64,000 bases of DNA, from NCBI RefSeq assembly GCF_006345805.1, contig NW_021836128.1, positions 124,001 to 188,000 on the forward strand, written 5' to 3'. Numbering within the stretch: position 1 is the first letter of the stretch; every line of letters starts with the position of its first letter. The translations under genes were made by a program, and so were the position numbers. Below the pieces are notes generated by a model. The model saw nothing but the letters and a program-made list of their open reading frames with translations. It was not told where the DNA came from and ran no database searches. Positions 1 through 13,669 of the stretch are shown one piece after another. This DNA comes from Octopus sinensis (lineage: Eukaryota).

Positions 1-199
1 ATTCTAAAAATAAGAGATAACTATAAAATGTACTCCAAATATACTAGCATATAAAATTAATCAATTAATAGCGTAGAGAATAAATTTTTTAAACAAGTAC
101 TTGTTTTTATTAATAACAAAGCACAGAAAGTGGAACTCTGTTAGTATTACCTCTCTCTGTTACGGATATGTCTTTTTCGCGTTTTACAACTTTGGCGAC

Positions 200-634
200 G
201 TTTCACATGGGAGCTTAAACACAAGAGGACTGAAATTCATTTACAAGCAGCACCAACTTGCACGGGATCTCTAAAATCACCACGTCAGTGTCTGCTGTCT
301 CCAAGAGACAAAGACGACTGAAAAAAACACCACACTGGCCGGTAACTTTTATATTATTACCCTACCATGCACTTGTCTACACTATGGTCTGGGGTTTGTA
401 GTACACCGTCATTTATACAATTTGGCGGTTTCTGATCGTGTTGCAGTTATGCAGATGAAGTTTGGAGACAAACCTAATTCTATTATATCAATTATCAACA
501 TATATGCGCCAACGGGAACGAGAGTTAACTCCAATCCTAAAGAGCTGGACGAATTTTATTCCACCCTTAGGGAGACATATAACTCGGTCTCTCAAAGTAC
601 TCCAAACTGTCATTGTTTAAGGAAGGGATTATAG
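200..634 (+). mobile_element. Non-LTR retrotransposon fragment, APE endonuclease domain (degenerate)
   Basis: Translates FHMGSLNTRGL...VSVCCLQETK...IINIYAPT...ELDEFY, the EEP/APE motifs of RTE-like LINEs; contains an internal stop. Confidence 0.75.
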
Positions 635-1229
635 CGACAGGATAAATTCGTTAGTTCTGCTACAAAATTTCCCCTCGGCTGGAAAATGTGTGTTTGCCGT
701 GACTGGGGAGAGCAGATTTGTTGTCCTCGTCGAAATCGGTTGGCAGTGTTGTTCACGTCAAGTCAAGCAAATCGACGGGCAGTTGGAAGCACGGAGATTG
801 GAGTCGATTGTAGTTTACAACGGGAGTGTGTTCGCCCTGTCAGCAGTGTTGGGGACTGTATTGGAAGTGAGGGGAGCACGGGGGCAGATCAGTGGATGGA
901 GGGTCGGTCTGGAGGCGCCCCATGCCAGATTATACACCCCTCGTCACTGAAAACCGGACAAGCTATTTTTGATAATTTTATTAATTAAATATGAAAAATC
1001 AAAAACTTACGCTTAATATTTTTACTTAATAATAATAATAGTGTAATAATTATTAATTATGCTATTATAGAATTTATATTTAAAGCAGAATTTCAATTTA
1101 CTTATGACATATAAAACCGGACAAAAATAAAACAAGTCATTTAGTAGTTAATTCGATCTCATATATTTTTTTTTGATTTCAAAACACCCGAAAATAATTA
1201 TTACAATCTAAAGCTACTGATGATCGAGA

Positions 1230-1843
1230 AGTAGTTAATATATCCACCATTTGCACTGAAAATTTTGTAACATCTATTTTTCATAGACATTACTAGTTTT
1301 TTCAATAATTCTGGTGATATATGATTCCATATTTCTGTTAATTTGTCCTTTAGTTCATTTTTGTTTTTGATTACATTTTTGATAATTCTGCCATAGATGT
1401 TCTATGAGGTTTAGATCCGGTGATTGAGCCAGCCATTGAAGTAAAATAATGTTTTTTTCTTTAATATAATCTTGTACTATTTTAGATTTATGGCAAGGTG
1501 CATTATCCTGTTGTAAAATAAATGAGTCTATCCCGAATTTTTTGGCACATTCGAATATATTATTGGATAAAATATTAATATATTTTGCGCTATTCAGGAT
1601 TCCATCAATAAAAACAAGATTACCGACTCCGTTATACGAGAAACTGCCCCAGACCATTACTTTTCCACCACCGAATTTTACAGTTGTTATAATATTGCAT
1701 TTTTTGTATGCAGGACAATTTTCTCTATACACTATTTGATGCTTATTGATATTAAAAATATCAAAAGACCATTCATCAGTAAAAATTACCGACTTCCATG
1801 TCTCGTCGGAAATGCTTAAAAATGATTTCGTATTTGATTTTTC
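1230..1843 (-). mobile_element. Tc1-family transposase remnant (DD34E-type catalytic domain)
   Basis: WKSVIFTDE, KFGGGKVMVWG, QQDNAPCH, SPDLNLIEHLW and C-terminal ANGGY; 5' part missing. Confidence 0.9.
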
Positions 1844-2182
1844 GTGTGCAGAAATAAATTGGTTAATGGAGGAGCAGATCAGAGAGTGTGTTTATGGGGA
1901 CTCGACGATGACTGCGTATTAGTAGTCCGATCATGTTTAGCAACTCACTTTGTTGAGAGAATGGGAGACTGCCGTCATGGATTTGTCTGCCATGAGGCTT
2001 CTGAGGTGAAATGCGTATTTTACTGTTAGATGTGACGGCAAAGTGTCGGTCCTTCTTTCAGGGAAGGGATTTGAGCTTTTGGAACTCTTTTAGGTTTATT
2101 GTTTTCCCTGCATTGCCTCCTGTGCTTTTTTAACAAATATTTTGTTAGCATCATTACTGAGGGAATAAACAAGGGAATTTAA

Positions 2183-3256
2183 TTAGGAATACAGTTGCTC
2201 CAAACCCCTACAAAAGAGGCAACTCTCCCCTTCCTCGCACTGTGTGTAGGAGGATTGTTCCTCGGGGGACACCTCGACGAAGGAGGGGAGTGTATCCAGT
2301 AGCCACTTGTAGTTGCAATGCTCCTCAAAACTTATCCGTGCCCTGTCATTCGGATTGAGACTTCCCATTATGTAGGTCGAGGCGGAATGGCTGATGTGAT
2401 CCTCCATTCCAAGACCCCTGGACATTATTTCAGAAATCAGGTCGTGAGAATAGTTCTTGGTTATTTGTAAATAAAAGATGACTCCCAGACTCCACGAAAT
2501 TAAGGATTCGTAACAAACCCAACCAGTGGCCAACCACTCGGGTGGAGAGTAGGCCTGATCTCCTATACAGTTCCCCAAATAAACACCACCAAAATACATG
2601 TTCTCGTCCTCCGTGGCAAACCTGACATTGATCAAGTCGATAATCTTGATGGTTCCCGTGTGGAAATCCAACAAAAAGTCGTCGAGACTGAGTCCCCTGT
2701 GGTGAAGTCCCTTCCCGTGGAGGTGTGCGATAATATTGATAATCTGCGGAATCAACCAATATGAAAACCATGACTTGGAAATAGCATATCTCTGTCTCCG
2801 TGAGGCACTCGATTAATTTACCGAACGCTTTCAGTCCGATTGTGTGGCGAGGACGGTCGAGGACACAAATGTAGTAGTTACCAAACACATGAAACTCCAA
2901 AAGTTCTGCTTTCAGGAAACATCTGCCCAGGCGTCTGTGAATGGCGACTTCCATTGGCACGATTCCTCGGTTCGACTACAAACTTTATTTTTTAGACCAC
3001 GTTAGTGTAATTAGCCGTCTGCTGTGATAGTTTTATCACGACCTCAGGGATGATATATTTACTGAACCTGTCTTTTGTCAATTTTGCGGATGGCAGGAAC
3101 GTTGATGGCCTGGTAAGTCTGGAAAACATACTCTCCGATCTGGTATCGTAAACGCAGGAAGTCTAGTCTTTCCCTATTTGAAGAGTAGGGTTCAGAGTGA
3201 TACTCTGTAGTTCCAGAAAGAGAAACAGACTTTTGTAGATCGTCAAAAAGGAACAT
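2183..3256 (-). CDS. PIM-like Ser/Thr kinase-fold protein, predicted pseudokinase; 4 exons
   Basis: Removing introns 3043-3067, 2976-3000 and 2744-2774 (all phase 0) joins three ORF pieces: VVIK, VPMEVAI, HHRGLSLDDFLLD, IKIIDL, YSPPEW, ISWSLGVI. VPMEV and YSPPEW are PIM hallmarks. Confidence 0.75.
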
Positions 3257-4470
3257 AACAACGGCGTATGTTCATCAAATTATTAATAGCTCTGGAATCT
3301 GGCCGAGATTTTTAATGTTAATGTCAAAAATGCATTTTTTAGATCACAATTAGAAACCAGAAAATGATTACTCAATACCAATTATCCAACAAACCCACTC
3401 ACTTTTACTCTCGCTATGCCTATATTCGACAAAACAGGAATTTTAAATATCGAAATTAACATTAGCCATCGATTAATATGATAGTTAGTTTTCGATACAA
3501 TTCGAATCGCCTTATTATTGTCAACTTGCTACTTTTATTTACTTTTTATGTTAAGATAAATTTGAGTCTACACCACAAATTGAGTCCCTTTTCCAGCTAA
3601 ATGAGATTCTTGTGTGGAACGAGGTTTATGTACCGCGGGCAACATATTGCAAACGGAGGTATTTCTCGAATTTGGTGAGAATGGCGCTGCATCTCTTCTA
3701 AAAGTACCAAGACTTATGATTAGGGCAACCACAAAGTTGACCTAAAAAAAGCAAAAATTGACCTCCATAAAGTCAACAAAATTGATTCAAAAAAGATGAA
3801 AGTTGACCAGAATGTGACCAATAAATTCGCTTGATACATTGAAAATATTGTAATCCATTAACGATTTTTTAATTAATTTAAAGAGATTTATTAAACAAAA
3901 CAGTCAAAAACAGGATCTGAATCCTTGAAATACGTGGACTATCATTTTGTCCAAAAAGGAATAGTTTCGTGTTTGAGAAGTGTTATATTTTACAAAGAAT
4001 CTTGCATTATCAGTTTGGAAACATGTATCACTATTTAGATAGTCTGATGAAAGTAAAATTGAAGAGTCTTGTCAATTTAAGTTCTAAAACAACAAGAATT
4101 TAATTAAAAAAAATAGGAACCGAATTCGGATGGTTACTGGAAAACTGTGAGAAAGCCGGCGTCTCATTAAGAGACTCTTAATAGATATACTCAAGAACTA
4201 TCGATATACGTATTAACCGCTTTTTGACTGTACCCAAATATACTTATTAAGAGTCTCATTAAGAGCAATGAATAAATTTCACGATTTGAAAATAATTAAT
4301 TTAGTTGTAAAATAAATTAAATTTATTTATTTGTAATTGAAAATGCATTTTGTATCTTTAGTTGAACTACTAAATTTGCAGTAGAAATGGTTAACCACAA
4401 ATTTAAACGTATTTACCGTTTTTTGACTGGACCCAAACTGATTCACGTGTACAAAAAACCCGACTCGGTA

Positions 4471-6205
4471 ATGAAATTCTAGGTCTATTCCACAGGAAGA
4501 TTACCACATGAATAAATTAGGACACATTTTGTCAGTATACACGAATATTGTTTGTTTTATGATATAACCATGGCAGATCTCATTTGTTAATAAAATAGTA
4601 TTATACTCTGCAGTCCCACTTGTCGTCCTTGGTTCTGATAAGCTAATGATACTTTATATATATAACTTTATTCCTGATCAAAAGAGTCCTCAATTTGACA
4701 AATTGTTAATAAATTGTTTTCTCGATTTTTTAGTGCTGGGTCGATTCTACAATCCTGTCTATATGGCATTCTTTGACAAATATTGCCAAGTACTCGACCA
4801 AAAGTGCTCAAAAGTAGAATCCAATTTTAATGAAAAGAACGTTTAGAAAGCATTTGACTACGATTTCCGATTCTGGCCTGTGGATTATGTTGCTCAATGT
4901 TCTGATTCTGAGATACTAAAACAGCTGCAGTCGGATTTTCTGGTCGATCATATTTTTGATCTTAAATATATCTTTACATGGTTATTAATGCTTTTTGTGG
5001 GACGTCCTTTGGTCTATCCGGGGTCCACAGATTTCACAAAGAACTATTTCGAGCCCATGTTGAACGACGGACGGTCATCGCTTGTAGAACTTGTAGATTT
5101 TTGACTTGATTACCAAAGTATGGGGGACAAAGAGCGAAAGTCAAGACCCTCACAGGCGCAGAAATCGACACAATGTTTCTGGACCGTCGGGACTGCCACG
5201 CTGGGAGGTTTCTTGTCATTTGCAGTGAGGGAAACTGCTCTTTTTACGAGTGTGGGTCAAATCAGAGCATAATATCACTGGGAAATTCATTCCTGGCATG
5301 GAATCATCCGGGATTTGGGGCAAGTTCGGTATTTGGTTCAACTAGACGTACTTTAAGAGTCTTCCGTATGTCTATGAAGAGAATAACGCCGTTTATGCTG
5401 TCATTCTGTACGCCACTGAGGAATTGGGTTTCAATACAAACAAGATCATTTTATATGGGTGGTCTATTGGGGGTTATTCGGCCGCATTTGGAGCTGCCCT
5501 CTTCCCCTCAGTGGATTCAGTGGTTGATTTTGTTCGACTTTAATCAGATTGTCGATGGGACTTTCCATTCCATTATTCCCGTTGCTAAAAATTCGACGGC
5601 AGATTTTTTCCGTAATGAGTACTTTAAGAATTTATATTTTATGGTTGAGGTGTAATGAAAGCTCATTTTGACCTGGACGTTGCTAAGCTTCTCAAAAGGT
5701 CATGCGGTTTTGTTCATTTCATGCAGATATAGTGGCCCTCTTCTTATCCTCAGCGAACTAACGACGAAATAGTCTCTCTTGTATATAATAAGATTATTAA
5801 GCTTATAGTACAAATGATGTATCTACTAATTGTGGAAATTGCCTTGCTATGTCTGTTTTACAACACAGGTTTTGGAATTATGTTTAGATTTGTAAGGTTT
5901 CCAGCTCTTTTTACTGAGGAAGTGATGGAAGAATGCAAAATTTGCATCGCCGTTCCAGCCGAGGCTAGAGGTTAGTTTTTAATTAATATTCTGTATAGTT
6001 AAGCGCTACTCAGGTTACAAAATAAATGAACTAGAATCCCAAAATGTGTTGAATAAATATTTGGGCGAGACTACGTGGTGCGAATCGTCCTTGTTTGATC
6101 GGTTGTGTTAGTCATATTGTAAGAACTGATTTAAATGACAACGAAAGATTGAAATTTGCTTTATTTTGGGTTGATAAAACGCTATGCGATGTTGAGAATG
6201 CCTGA
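4471..6205 (+). CDS. ABHD16A: ABHD16A (BAT5)-like alpha/beta hydrolase, multi-exon; bounds approximate
   Basis: GRFYNPVY, FDYDFRFWPVDY, GRPLVYPGS, IDTMFLDRR, LVICSEGN, WNHPGFGAS and nucleophile motif GWSIGG; micro-introns and some frameshifts. Confidence 0.85.
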
Positions 6206-6977
6206 TCTACGGAATCAAATGCCTTCTTGACCCACATAAACATAAGTAAACTTCCTAAGCATTAGAAAGACACTTGTGGATCTCGTCAAACTCCTTGCGA
6301 ATGTCAAAGTCACTGCAAAACTCGGTCATCAAGAGTCTGTTGGACTCCACGAAAAGTCCACTTTTCGCTTGCGAGGTCTGACTTTCCAATACTTCCCCAT
6401 CTTAAACAGGTTGTTCTTTCGGTTATGTTTATATCTAGCTTCATAGGTAAATAGTTTCTTCTTGTAAACAAAAATAAACTCTTCTACTCCAGCCTTTACC
6501 CTAACAATTTCATTCAGGTTACACTTAGTGGCGTTGAAGTACGGTACGCACTAAGGGGGAGTCTGACCCGTTTCCCACATTCAATATGTTTCCCACTTCC
6601 AGTTCTACCTATCATAAAGCAATCTTTGCAGTGATATGGTCCTTCTACTTACTTGGTTGTTTGGGCTTAACAGTCAATTCCTCGTAGGTAACCTGAGCCA
6701 CATACAAAAAGGGGAAATCTTCTTTAGAGACTCGGGCCGCTTACTCAACAAATAGTGAGCAATCGCCCCGTTGATACCAGTCAGTACTCCACCTCTGACC
6801 CTACACGCAGGTATCTTCCGCTCTCTTTGCGATCCTCTAAGGGGACCCAAAAAAGGCAGATGGACTCCAAAAAAACCTCTTACACATGTTTGAATAATGA
6901 TAACTCAGAACTCTAGTGCTCGTACATTACACTGCACGGGGGGACTCCCGGCACCGGTTGACTGCTCCTCCTCCTCA

Positions 6978-8678
6978 GATAGCGATTAAAGCATTTCTCT
7001 GTGGAGCATAACTCTTCCTCCGTACAATCACACTGAGGCAATTTAGAAATATTTATCTTGGTAGGCTTGACACTCCCAAAAAATTTATTTGTCTATAATC
7101 ACAGAGTAAATGTATTTGAATACTTTAATTTTTTCAAAGTCTAGAATAGTTGATTCTCTAAAGTAATTCACATCAATGTTGTTTCGCCACTCTGTCCATT
7201 CAGCGGCGGCATTTTCAGCAATATAAATTGCTAAGAAGTTAAATAATGTAAATACCTTCCGAATATTTAATATCTAAGGTGTTTCGACCCAATTTTACAT
7301 TCATGTCATCCCCGATATGAAATTTAAAAACTCTAAAAATTACCAAAAATGTTTAAACGTTGATTTATTAGCCCAGGCATATGTTTTTTCAGCAAAAAAC
7401 ATAACAATAAACTCCCCTCGTTTATGTTTACTTTGGGCAGTATTTACAGGTATCAACTCGGGGATGCAAATTTCAGCTGGCCACCACCTAATAACAAGTA
7501 AATTACATTAACTAACCGTTAGCTCCCGAGCTTCATCCATACTATATCGCCATATAACGGCCGCACTCCAGATATGCAATCATTACATCGCCACTGTTCA
7601 CTCTGATACAGTTCTTGCTTCATGTTGAGGCACTACATATGGAAGGATGCAGAACAAGTGTCACAGCACAGGATCTTTCCTCCTAAAATTGTATATTTCA
7701 AAATTACCTTCCGAACAGATGAAACAAAAGCTAATGTTCTGTTTAACGGATTTCAAATGGTCAGGGCAAATAATATACTCGCTAGAAAATAAACTAGACC
7801 CAGCAGGGAGACAATAATAGCTTCCATGATATGTATTTGGACACATTAAACAGGATACGAGTTTCACTCATTCTACTAAAAAATAATAAAACTTTTTGAA
7901 TGTTCCTTGGGATTCTGACGGCGTAGAGCAAAACACGTGACACAGTAATGCCTTGGACAGTAAAATGTCTTGTGTCGACCACTACATGCATCCCCTCGGA
8001 ACACAGTTGAGCAATTTGAGTCATAATGAAGATTGCAATCTGAATAACCACACATTCGAAGACAAATATTATTCTTCCTGCATGTAAAACATGCTTCTTT
8101 ATTGATAGCTAAATCATAAAATACAGAACCTCACATTTAACGTAGTATAGACATCCTTCGCAGTAGTAATGACTTTTATAAAAAAACAAGACATTTCGAA
8201 TGAAACATTTTTTTGCATTGCCCCTCACATGCTTGAAACTTTGATTGGTTTATAGAATCTTCAATCAATTTTTTGTCACATTGATAGCAATATTCTTGAA
8301 GTTCAGATTCCACATTTTTCAGTTTAGTTAAATCTCCAATTGTTGATTTTATGTGTGTAAATTGTAGTCTACGTTCAACTTGCTTGTCGCAGCCTTGGAA
8401 AAGCTTTTCGATTTTTTCTAAATTGAACTTTATTTTAAGATTTAACCTCAAGACTGGATATTGAAAAACTACTTACACTATCTTTATCTACTAATTCTGA
8501 CGATGGTGAAGTAGAAAAAGCAGAATCAGAAGCTGGATGTTGTTTTTCCAATAAATGTTCTATTTAAAAGGTGGATTAATCGGAAAAAAAGAATTTGTAT
8601 TGCAATTATCAAAATTTAATTTAGTAGTATAAGATTTTTAAAATGTATAAATTGATACTAACCAGGTACAACATCCAT
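6978..8678 (-). CDS. NSD-family histone methyltransferase-like gene (PHD fingers, PWWP, AWS); no SET domain follows
   Basis: CEGQCKKMFHSKCL, FYCPRHYC, CLMCPNTYH...CLPAGS...ICPDH, FCFICSEG, WWPAEIC...GEFIVMFF (PWWP), QCDCTEEELCSTEKCFNR (AWS). Confidence 0.8.
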
Positions 8679-9867
8679 TACTTTATGTCAAGAATAATTA
8701 AAATTTAAATTTACTAATCATAGTTATTATTTAAAATTTTTTAATGATATTAAAGTATTAATGAGTATTAATATTAATTACTTTTTATTAGAGAAGCATA
8801 AACAAAATTATTTAACCTTTTAATTAATTTGTTTTAGAAAACTTGAAGTTATCGAAAAGTTAGTCAAAATGAATTTATAGTGTCTAGTGGAGAAGACACA
8901 GATTCAGATAGCTCCGTTTCTGACGGAGCACCGATTCAATAAGAACATTTAATAAAACGGAAAAAATATGTTATTTTTGATTATTAATTTTAAATTTTTA
9001 GAAAAAATATAAGAAAAACAAAAAACAGCAAAGTTTTTATTCATTAAAATAGATAAAATTTTAGAAAAAATTAAGACTGAAAAAAAATTGAACTTGAAAT
9101 GAAAAATACTACACCATTTTACGTTATTTTAAATAATTATAAATAGACTGGAAATGAATTACAACCGAATCGCAAATCTCCAATCGAAAAATATTATAAA
9201 AGCGACAAAAATTTTTTATTGGTTTAATAAATGAAATATATTTTAGATCTAAACAAAACAATTAAAAGATCTGATAAATTACCCAATATCATTCCAATGC
9301 CAGACCAAAATCATTTTCCAATTAGCAAAGAACCAAGTTTCATTAAAGAAACATTGGAAACGAAATATTTCCAGACCAATGTAAGTAAAGTAGAGGAGCT
9401 CATGTCAAAACAAGTTGTATTTATTCACGATCGTTTAATTGTGATGGGAACAAGTTCAATAGATCAATCATTTGCTAATAAAAACAGAAATATAAAAGAA
9501 CAAAAAATTGAAAAATTGGACATTATTTATCCTTAGGAAAACCTGCTACAATTGAATTTAAACAATCGGGAAAACTTTCACGACATATTAAAACCATTTT
9601 GTGAATCAATTATTGGACTTTGAGTTAACTTACAGAAAAATGGGATGCTCATTTGAAGAATTTGAAAATAAAATTAATGAAAAATATGTAATTAACAATA
9701 TATCTAACAAGTTTTAATGACATGATTAATTTTAACATGACAATAATTATTTATAAATGAAATATTTTCATTTTGTAACTTATTTGTTATTATAAGAAAC
9801 AAAAAAATTAAATAATAAAATTAATTTGGATATATTTTTGAATTAATTTTATATTTATGTGGGCCAA

Positions 9868-10185
9868 ATGATAGAAAAGGAATCTTCAGATAGTTTTTAT
9901 TTAAAAGATCGAATACAAAAAATAAAACTAGTCATGTTGGGAAGTTCTGCGGCCGGTAAAACAAGCATTACAATTCGATTTATTTTTGGACGCTTTCAGG
10001 AAAATCAGGAGCCTACTGTAGGGGGTATTTTAGTTTTATATTACTTACAGCCGCTTTTGTCAGTCAATTAATAACAATTGGAGAAACAGAAATAAAATTG
10101 GATGTTTGGGATACCGCAGGTCAGGAGAGGTTTCGTAGCCTGGTTCCAATGTATTATCGAGGTGCAAATGCTGCCATGGCTATCT
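9868..10185 (+). CDS. Rab5/22-group small GTPase, N-terminal half only
   Basis: KLVMLGSSAAGKTS, EPTVG^AAF (26-nt intron 10025-10050), WDTAGQERFRSLVPMYYRGANAA; runs directly into a retroelement. Confidence 0.85.
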
Positions 10186-11340
10186 TTCCAATCATACGGC
10201 CAACCATCCTCCCTTATCTTTGATTCCCACACTATCCCGTCTGCTTCGGGAGTTCAACAGAGATACCCTTTGGGGCCACTCCTTTTCTGTCTTGAAATCT
10301 CCGAGGTGACCAAGCTTCTATCTTCTCCATTAAACCTCTGGTATCTCGACGACGCCACTCTCGGTGGCCCTCCGGATATCGTTCTGCAGGACATAATTAA
10401 AATTATTCCGGCTCTGGAGAAAGTCGGCCTCACTATAAATTTCTCCAAATGTGAAATTTCCAACTTCGGGTGCTCGCAATCTATTTTCGAAGACACTGTT
10501 TCCTCTTTCTGCGATCTTATCCCGAGAGTTCAATCTACTCCCATTGACGAACTTTCTATTCTCGGAGCCCCGGTAACTGGCAATTCTATTGATGTGGCCC
10601 TACGCAAAAAAGAATTCTTTCTCGGGGCAGTTTTTGAACGTATCTGTCAGTTGGATTTACACACAGCACTATTCCTCCTACGAAATTGCTTTTCAATCCA
10701 AAAGCTCTCCTATTTGCTACGCTCTTCTCCGTGTTTTGCTTTTCCAGAGAGACTTTCCGCCATTGACCACCTTATCCGCACTTGTACTCAGAACATATGC
10801 AATTCCCCCTGCAACCCTCCCGTTATCTTTTGGAGGGCTCGGCATCCGCTCATGTTCCGACTTATCGTTCCCTGCTTTTCTCTCGTCCGTCTCCGCGAGC
10901 CACACACTTGCTTGGCTTTGTGCATTCCCGAACGCCCCATCTGGCACTCTCCTTGACGATGAAGCGGTAAGGATCGGAGTCTCTCTGCGCCTCGGACTAA
11001 GGCAATGTGTTCCGCACACGTGCCGCTGTGGCTGCACTGTTGACCCTTTCGGTCTGCACCTTTTATCGTGCAGGAGGAGTGCCGGACGTTTCCCGAGGCA
11101 CTCCGCTATGAACGACATCATACGGAGGCCCCTCGACTCGGCGGGATTTCCTTCGGTCCTCGAACCACCGGGTCTTGACCGCGGCGACGGGAAACGTCCT
11201 GACTAGATGACCCTTTTCCCTTTTGAAGGCGGAAAAGGCCTCGTATGGGATGCAACCTGCCGAGACACCTTTTCTGCTTCACATTTAACTTTGTGTGCTC
11301 TGGAGGCTAAATCTGCTGCTAAGAAGGCTGAAAATCAATT
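10186..11340 (+). mobile_element. CRE-like non-LTR retrotransposon (RT + REL endonuclease), 5'-truncated
   Basis: GVQQRYPLGPLLF, WYLDD, then CRCG...HLLSC...RH...GKRPD...VWDATCRDT. Confidence 0.85.
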
Positions 11341-11380
11341 AAAAAAAAGGGTATTAAAGTATATTTTAAATGAATTTAAA

Positions 11381-11730
11381 CCATGGTTTCCCAAACTTTT
11401 TTTTCCGCGACACCCCTAAAAATGTTAACTTTATCCTCGGCCCCCGTAAATAATATTTTAAATAAATATTGGTTAAAAACTTTTTACCAAAAAAGTATCA
11501 ACAAAAAGAACTCATTTGCAAAGTTTTTTAATATCAGGTGTTAACCTTGAAAGTTGGACTGTCATTTCAACCGATGCATCTAATCAATTTCTGTATTTTG
11601 TTTTGGTTGCAGTGTATAACAAAAATGAGATTCACATAAATAAATCATCAAAAATGGTAAGAGCGCATGGATAGCCTGGTTATGACAATAATGGATGCTT
11701 AAGTCATGAAAGGTGAAAGTCATTACTTCT
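11381..11730 (-). mobile_element. hAT (Buster/Charlie-like) 3' remnant with terminal sequence
   Basis: Minus strand YLCES...TKTKYRN.LD...LSRLTPDIKKL; terminus CCATGGTTTCCCAAACTT resembles Charlie TIRs. Confidence 0.7.
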
Positions 11731-11741
11731 AAAAAATATTA

Positions 11742-12750
11742 TGTCGCAGTCCGGAAGCGTTACGGCGCCGGAAGCGTTACGCATGTAAACAAAAAAATTA
11801 AAAATAACGTAAAACAATAATAATTTCATTTGAAAAGAAAAAATATCTATAAATATTAATAAATTATGAATAAATTTTAATCATTTTATCAAGTGTGTAT
11901 AATGCGTTTAGTGCAAATAACAAAAGAATCCCTACAGAAAATCAAAGAATTTCAAGAAAACCCCTGTGATCTTCTTTCGGAGGATTCATCGTCTCGGATG
12001 AAACGATTTAGGCTAGCAAAATTGGCTATGTCATTTGTTTTTGAAGGCGAAACGCCATTCATTTGGCAAAATAATCTAAAATTACGTTTTTTTTGTATGG
12101 ATGAAACTGAATTGAGACGTAAATTTGTTGAGGTATGTATTTGAATACAATATCAAAGCCACCTATTACGCCGATAATTGCAAGAAGAAGTAGAGACTGG
12201 TATATCGCCGATCTGGTCGATCTCTGAAGATATTCGGAAATTAATGACTCATTTAATTGGGTATTTGCCTTCTCTTAAACGATTAGATTCTTGTTATTGT
12301 TGATTTGTTTTCGAAATATGCCATGGTCGAGTTAGCTTATTCAAAAAGCTCCGCTGAAATTACATCTCTATTTCAAAAAGTTTTTTTCTACGTGGGGCCT
12401 CCATTAGTACTGCATACGGACAACGGCAAGGAATTTTGTAATGCCCATATGATTCGGCTTTGTGAAAAGTACAACATAAAGCATGTACGAGGAAGACCAA
12501 GGGCGCCCTGGATTCAAGGTCAGGTAGAAAGGTTATAATTTGACTAAATTTAAATGTTTATAGGCTCAATCAAAGTATAAAAAGGTGGATGTCTTCCAAA
12601 AGTTATTCAGATGGACATTTTGGACGATACTGCGATATTATCAAAGACATCATATTTGACTACAACAATACTGTTCATTCTACTACACGGAATATCCCAT
12701 TCTACATCTTTATGGGAATGCAATTTCCAATAAGAACGAAAATGGGTGAT
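11742..12750 (+). mobile_element. Ginger-type (rve integrase) DNA transposon, intron-containing, degenerate
   Basis: TGT terminus at 11742; IADLVD, VIVDLFSKY, LHTDNGKEF, GRPRAPWIQGQVER^LNQSIK; introns 12261-12286 and 12532-12563. Confidence 0.75.
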
Positions 12751-12759
12751 TAATTTTGA

Positions 12760-13544
12760 AAATTTTTGACGAAGGAAAAAAAGTCAATTTTGCTTTTGAT
12801 CAATAATTGTCCTACTCATTGTATACCTTGTCATCTTGAAAATTTAAAAATTATGTTCTTTCCTAAAAATGCAACAGGAATAATTCAACCAAAGTGTGCG
12901 TCTAATTACTTCTGGGACGCCACGTGCGCAGACACATGGTCTCCATCCGCTCTACCGTCATCTGCTTCTTCTTCCGGCTCGGTCGCGGCGGAAGCCCGCA
13001 AAGTGGAAAAATACAAGAATCTTGCCACTCGGCATTCCTTCGTGCCTGTGGCTCTTGAGACATCAGGCGCTTCCGGTCCGCAGACCTCATGCTTCTTAAA
13101 AGACCTCGGTATCCTCATCGCTCGGAAGAAGATGGATGCTCGCGAGTCCTCTTGGTTGAGGCAGAGGATCTCACTCGCAATCGTGCGCGGGAACGCGCAA
13201 GCAATCCGTTCGGCTGGATTAATTTAGTTAACTGACAATTGTTTTGTTATTAAATCGGATTTAATTTTCAAAAAAAAATTACTTCAATTCGAAATTTGAG
13301 GAAAAAAAATCAAAATATAAAAAGACAACAAACGGGACTGGAATATTACTTTGATAAAAAAAGCATAATTCTTTGTTAAAATAAAATTAATTTTTCCAAT
13401 TACGTCAATTTTGGCTATTTTCGGATTATCAAACAGTTCTACTCACATTCAAAAATTATTGATTATATTCTGAAATTCGCCATTTCTCAAATTCGCCGCA
13501 AAAAATGACGGAACCAAAAATGGCGAATTTGGGAGTATTCACTG
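12760..13544 (+). mobile_element. pogo/Tigger remnant with right TIR, interrupted by a CRE fragment
   Basis: ILLLINNCPTH...FFPKNATGIIQP; ends ...GGCGAATTTGGGAGTATTCACTG followed by TA. Confidence 0.7.
12893..13227 (+). mobile_element. CRE-like retroposon 3' fragment
   Basis: WDATCADT...FVPVALETSG...WLRQRISLAIVRGNA. Confidence 0.85.
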
Positions 13545-13669
13545 TATTTTATTCTCTTTTTTTTCTTTTTCAATCATTTTGACAATTAAAAAAAACCATT
13601 AAAGAACTTTAAACTGTCAAAGAACTTTGGAAATATTTTATATCTTTAGACCGTGATTTTTGTATGTGA

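Noticed and set aside
640-950. GC-richer segment with two overlapping ORFs
   Set aside because: No recognisable motif; strand and frame cannot be assigned
8860-9700. Possible plus-strand gene (ORF 9231-9536)
   Set aside because: Very AT-rich with no domain; exon structure could not be supported
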